This document shows, in pieces, positions 63,919 through 64,000 of a DNA stretch of 64,000 bases. Below the pieces are notes generated by a model. It saw nothing but the letters and a program-made list of their open reading frames with translations, was not told the DNA's origin and searched no databases. The DNA is from an uncultured Eubacteriales bacterium. GTDB lineage: Bacteria > Acidobacteriota > Aminicenantia > Aminicenantales > Aminicenantaceae. The stretch covers positions 99,186-163,185 of the forward strand of contig CAZDJZ010000003.1 of the NCBI GenBank assembly GCA_964505785.1, read 5' to 3'. Made by a program: the position numbers and the translations under genes. Within the stretch, counting starts at the first letter, position 1. Each line of letters starts with the position of its first letter.

Positions 63919-64000
63919 ACATAATGTTCCCTGTTTAATCCTATTCGCTCCCTTTCAGCTTGACAGATAAAGCCAGGTTTATTAATATATTCATCCAAAC

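Noticed and set aside
1-64000. CRISPR arrays, prophage/integrase, transposase, toxin-antitoxin or known defence-system genes; rRNA/tRNA genes
   Set aside because: I scanned both strands for regularly spaced direct repeats, tRNA T-arm sequences (GGTTCGAATCC-like), and recombinase or nuclease motifs in the ORF track, and found none. The only repeats are the dispersed modular family described above. radC is the ordinary HhH + JAB housekeeping type.

Overview
This 64-kb chromosomal window has about 59 plausible protein-coding genes. I could find no rRNA, tRNA, CRISPR array, transposase, integrase or phage genes. All calls come from reading the supplied translations and the DNA by eye; no database search or folding program was run.

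Gene content suggests a strictly anaerobic bacterium: Rnf complex, EtfAB, an NfnAB-type flavoprotein, many ferredoxin domains, PPi-dependent PFK and archaeal-type ApgM. It may be an uncultured lineage, but lineage cannot be assigned from this window.

Layout, left to right:
- A 749-aa hypothetical protein with an acidic tract and a Lys tail, followed by a repeat-filled gap.
- rnr plus a stand-alone SelB C-terminal-like winged-helix protein.
- coaX, a truncated birA-like gene, a pseudo-receiver, dnaE and guaA.
- apgM, an amidase, a TAT-signal DUF362 protein with a membrane polyferredoxin, and a DUF212 protein.
- etfBA, then yceD-rpmF-plsX-fabG-acpP-fabF.
- polA and a GNAT-like gene.
- rnfCDGEAB followed by an RseC-like and a NusG_II-domain gene, then an FGGY kinase and radC.
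- A ~7.2-kb minus-strand block: periplasmic protein, histidine kinase, sigma-54 activator, two OFOR-beta-like genes, a ferredoxin and nfnAB-like genes.
- ECF sigma, anti-sigma and Spy-like genes with two outer-membrane factors, DUF5916 and a heavy-metal RND pump.
- hfq-like, pdxA, pfp, smpB, corC-like and carD.

Best candidates for something undescribed:
1. A translationally coupled five-gene unit. Two paralogous 2-oxoacid:ferredoxin-oxidoreductase beta-like proteins (Fe-S cysteines kept, ThDP motif non-canonical, no alpha or gamma subunit) and a delta-type ferredoxin are joined to NfnAB-like genes. The unit lies downstream of a sigma-54 two-component system.
2. A modular dispersed intergenic repeat family occupying most large gaps. 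It has shared 13-nt CCTGRATTATTCA termini, one 391-bp copy with inverted termini and a flanking CTAA duplication, and a hairpin module with compensatory base changes between copies.
3. A stand-alone SelB domain-IV-like RNA-binding protein encoded 4 nt downstream of RNase R.
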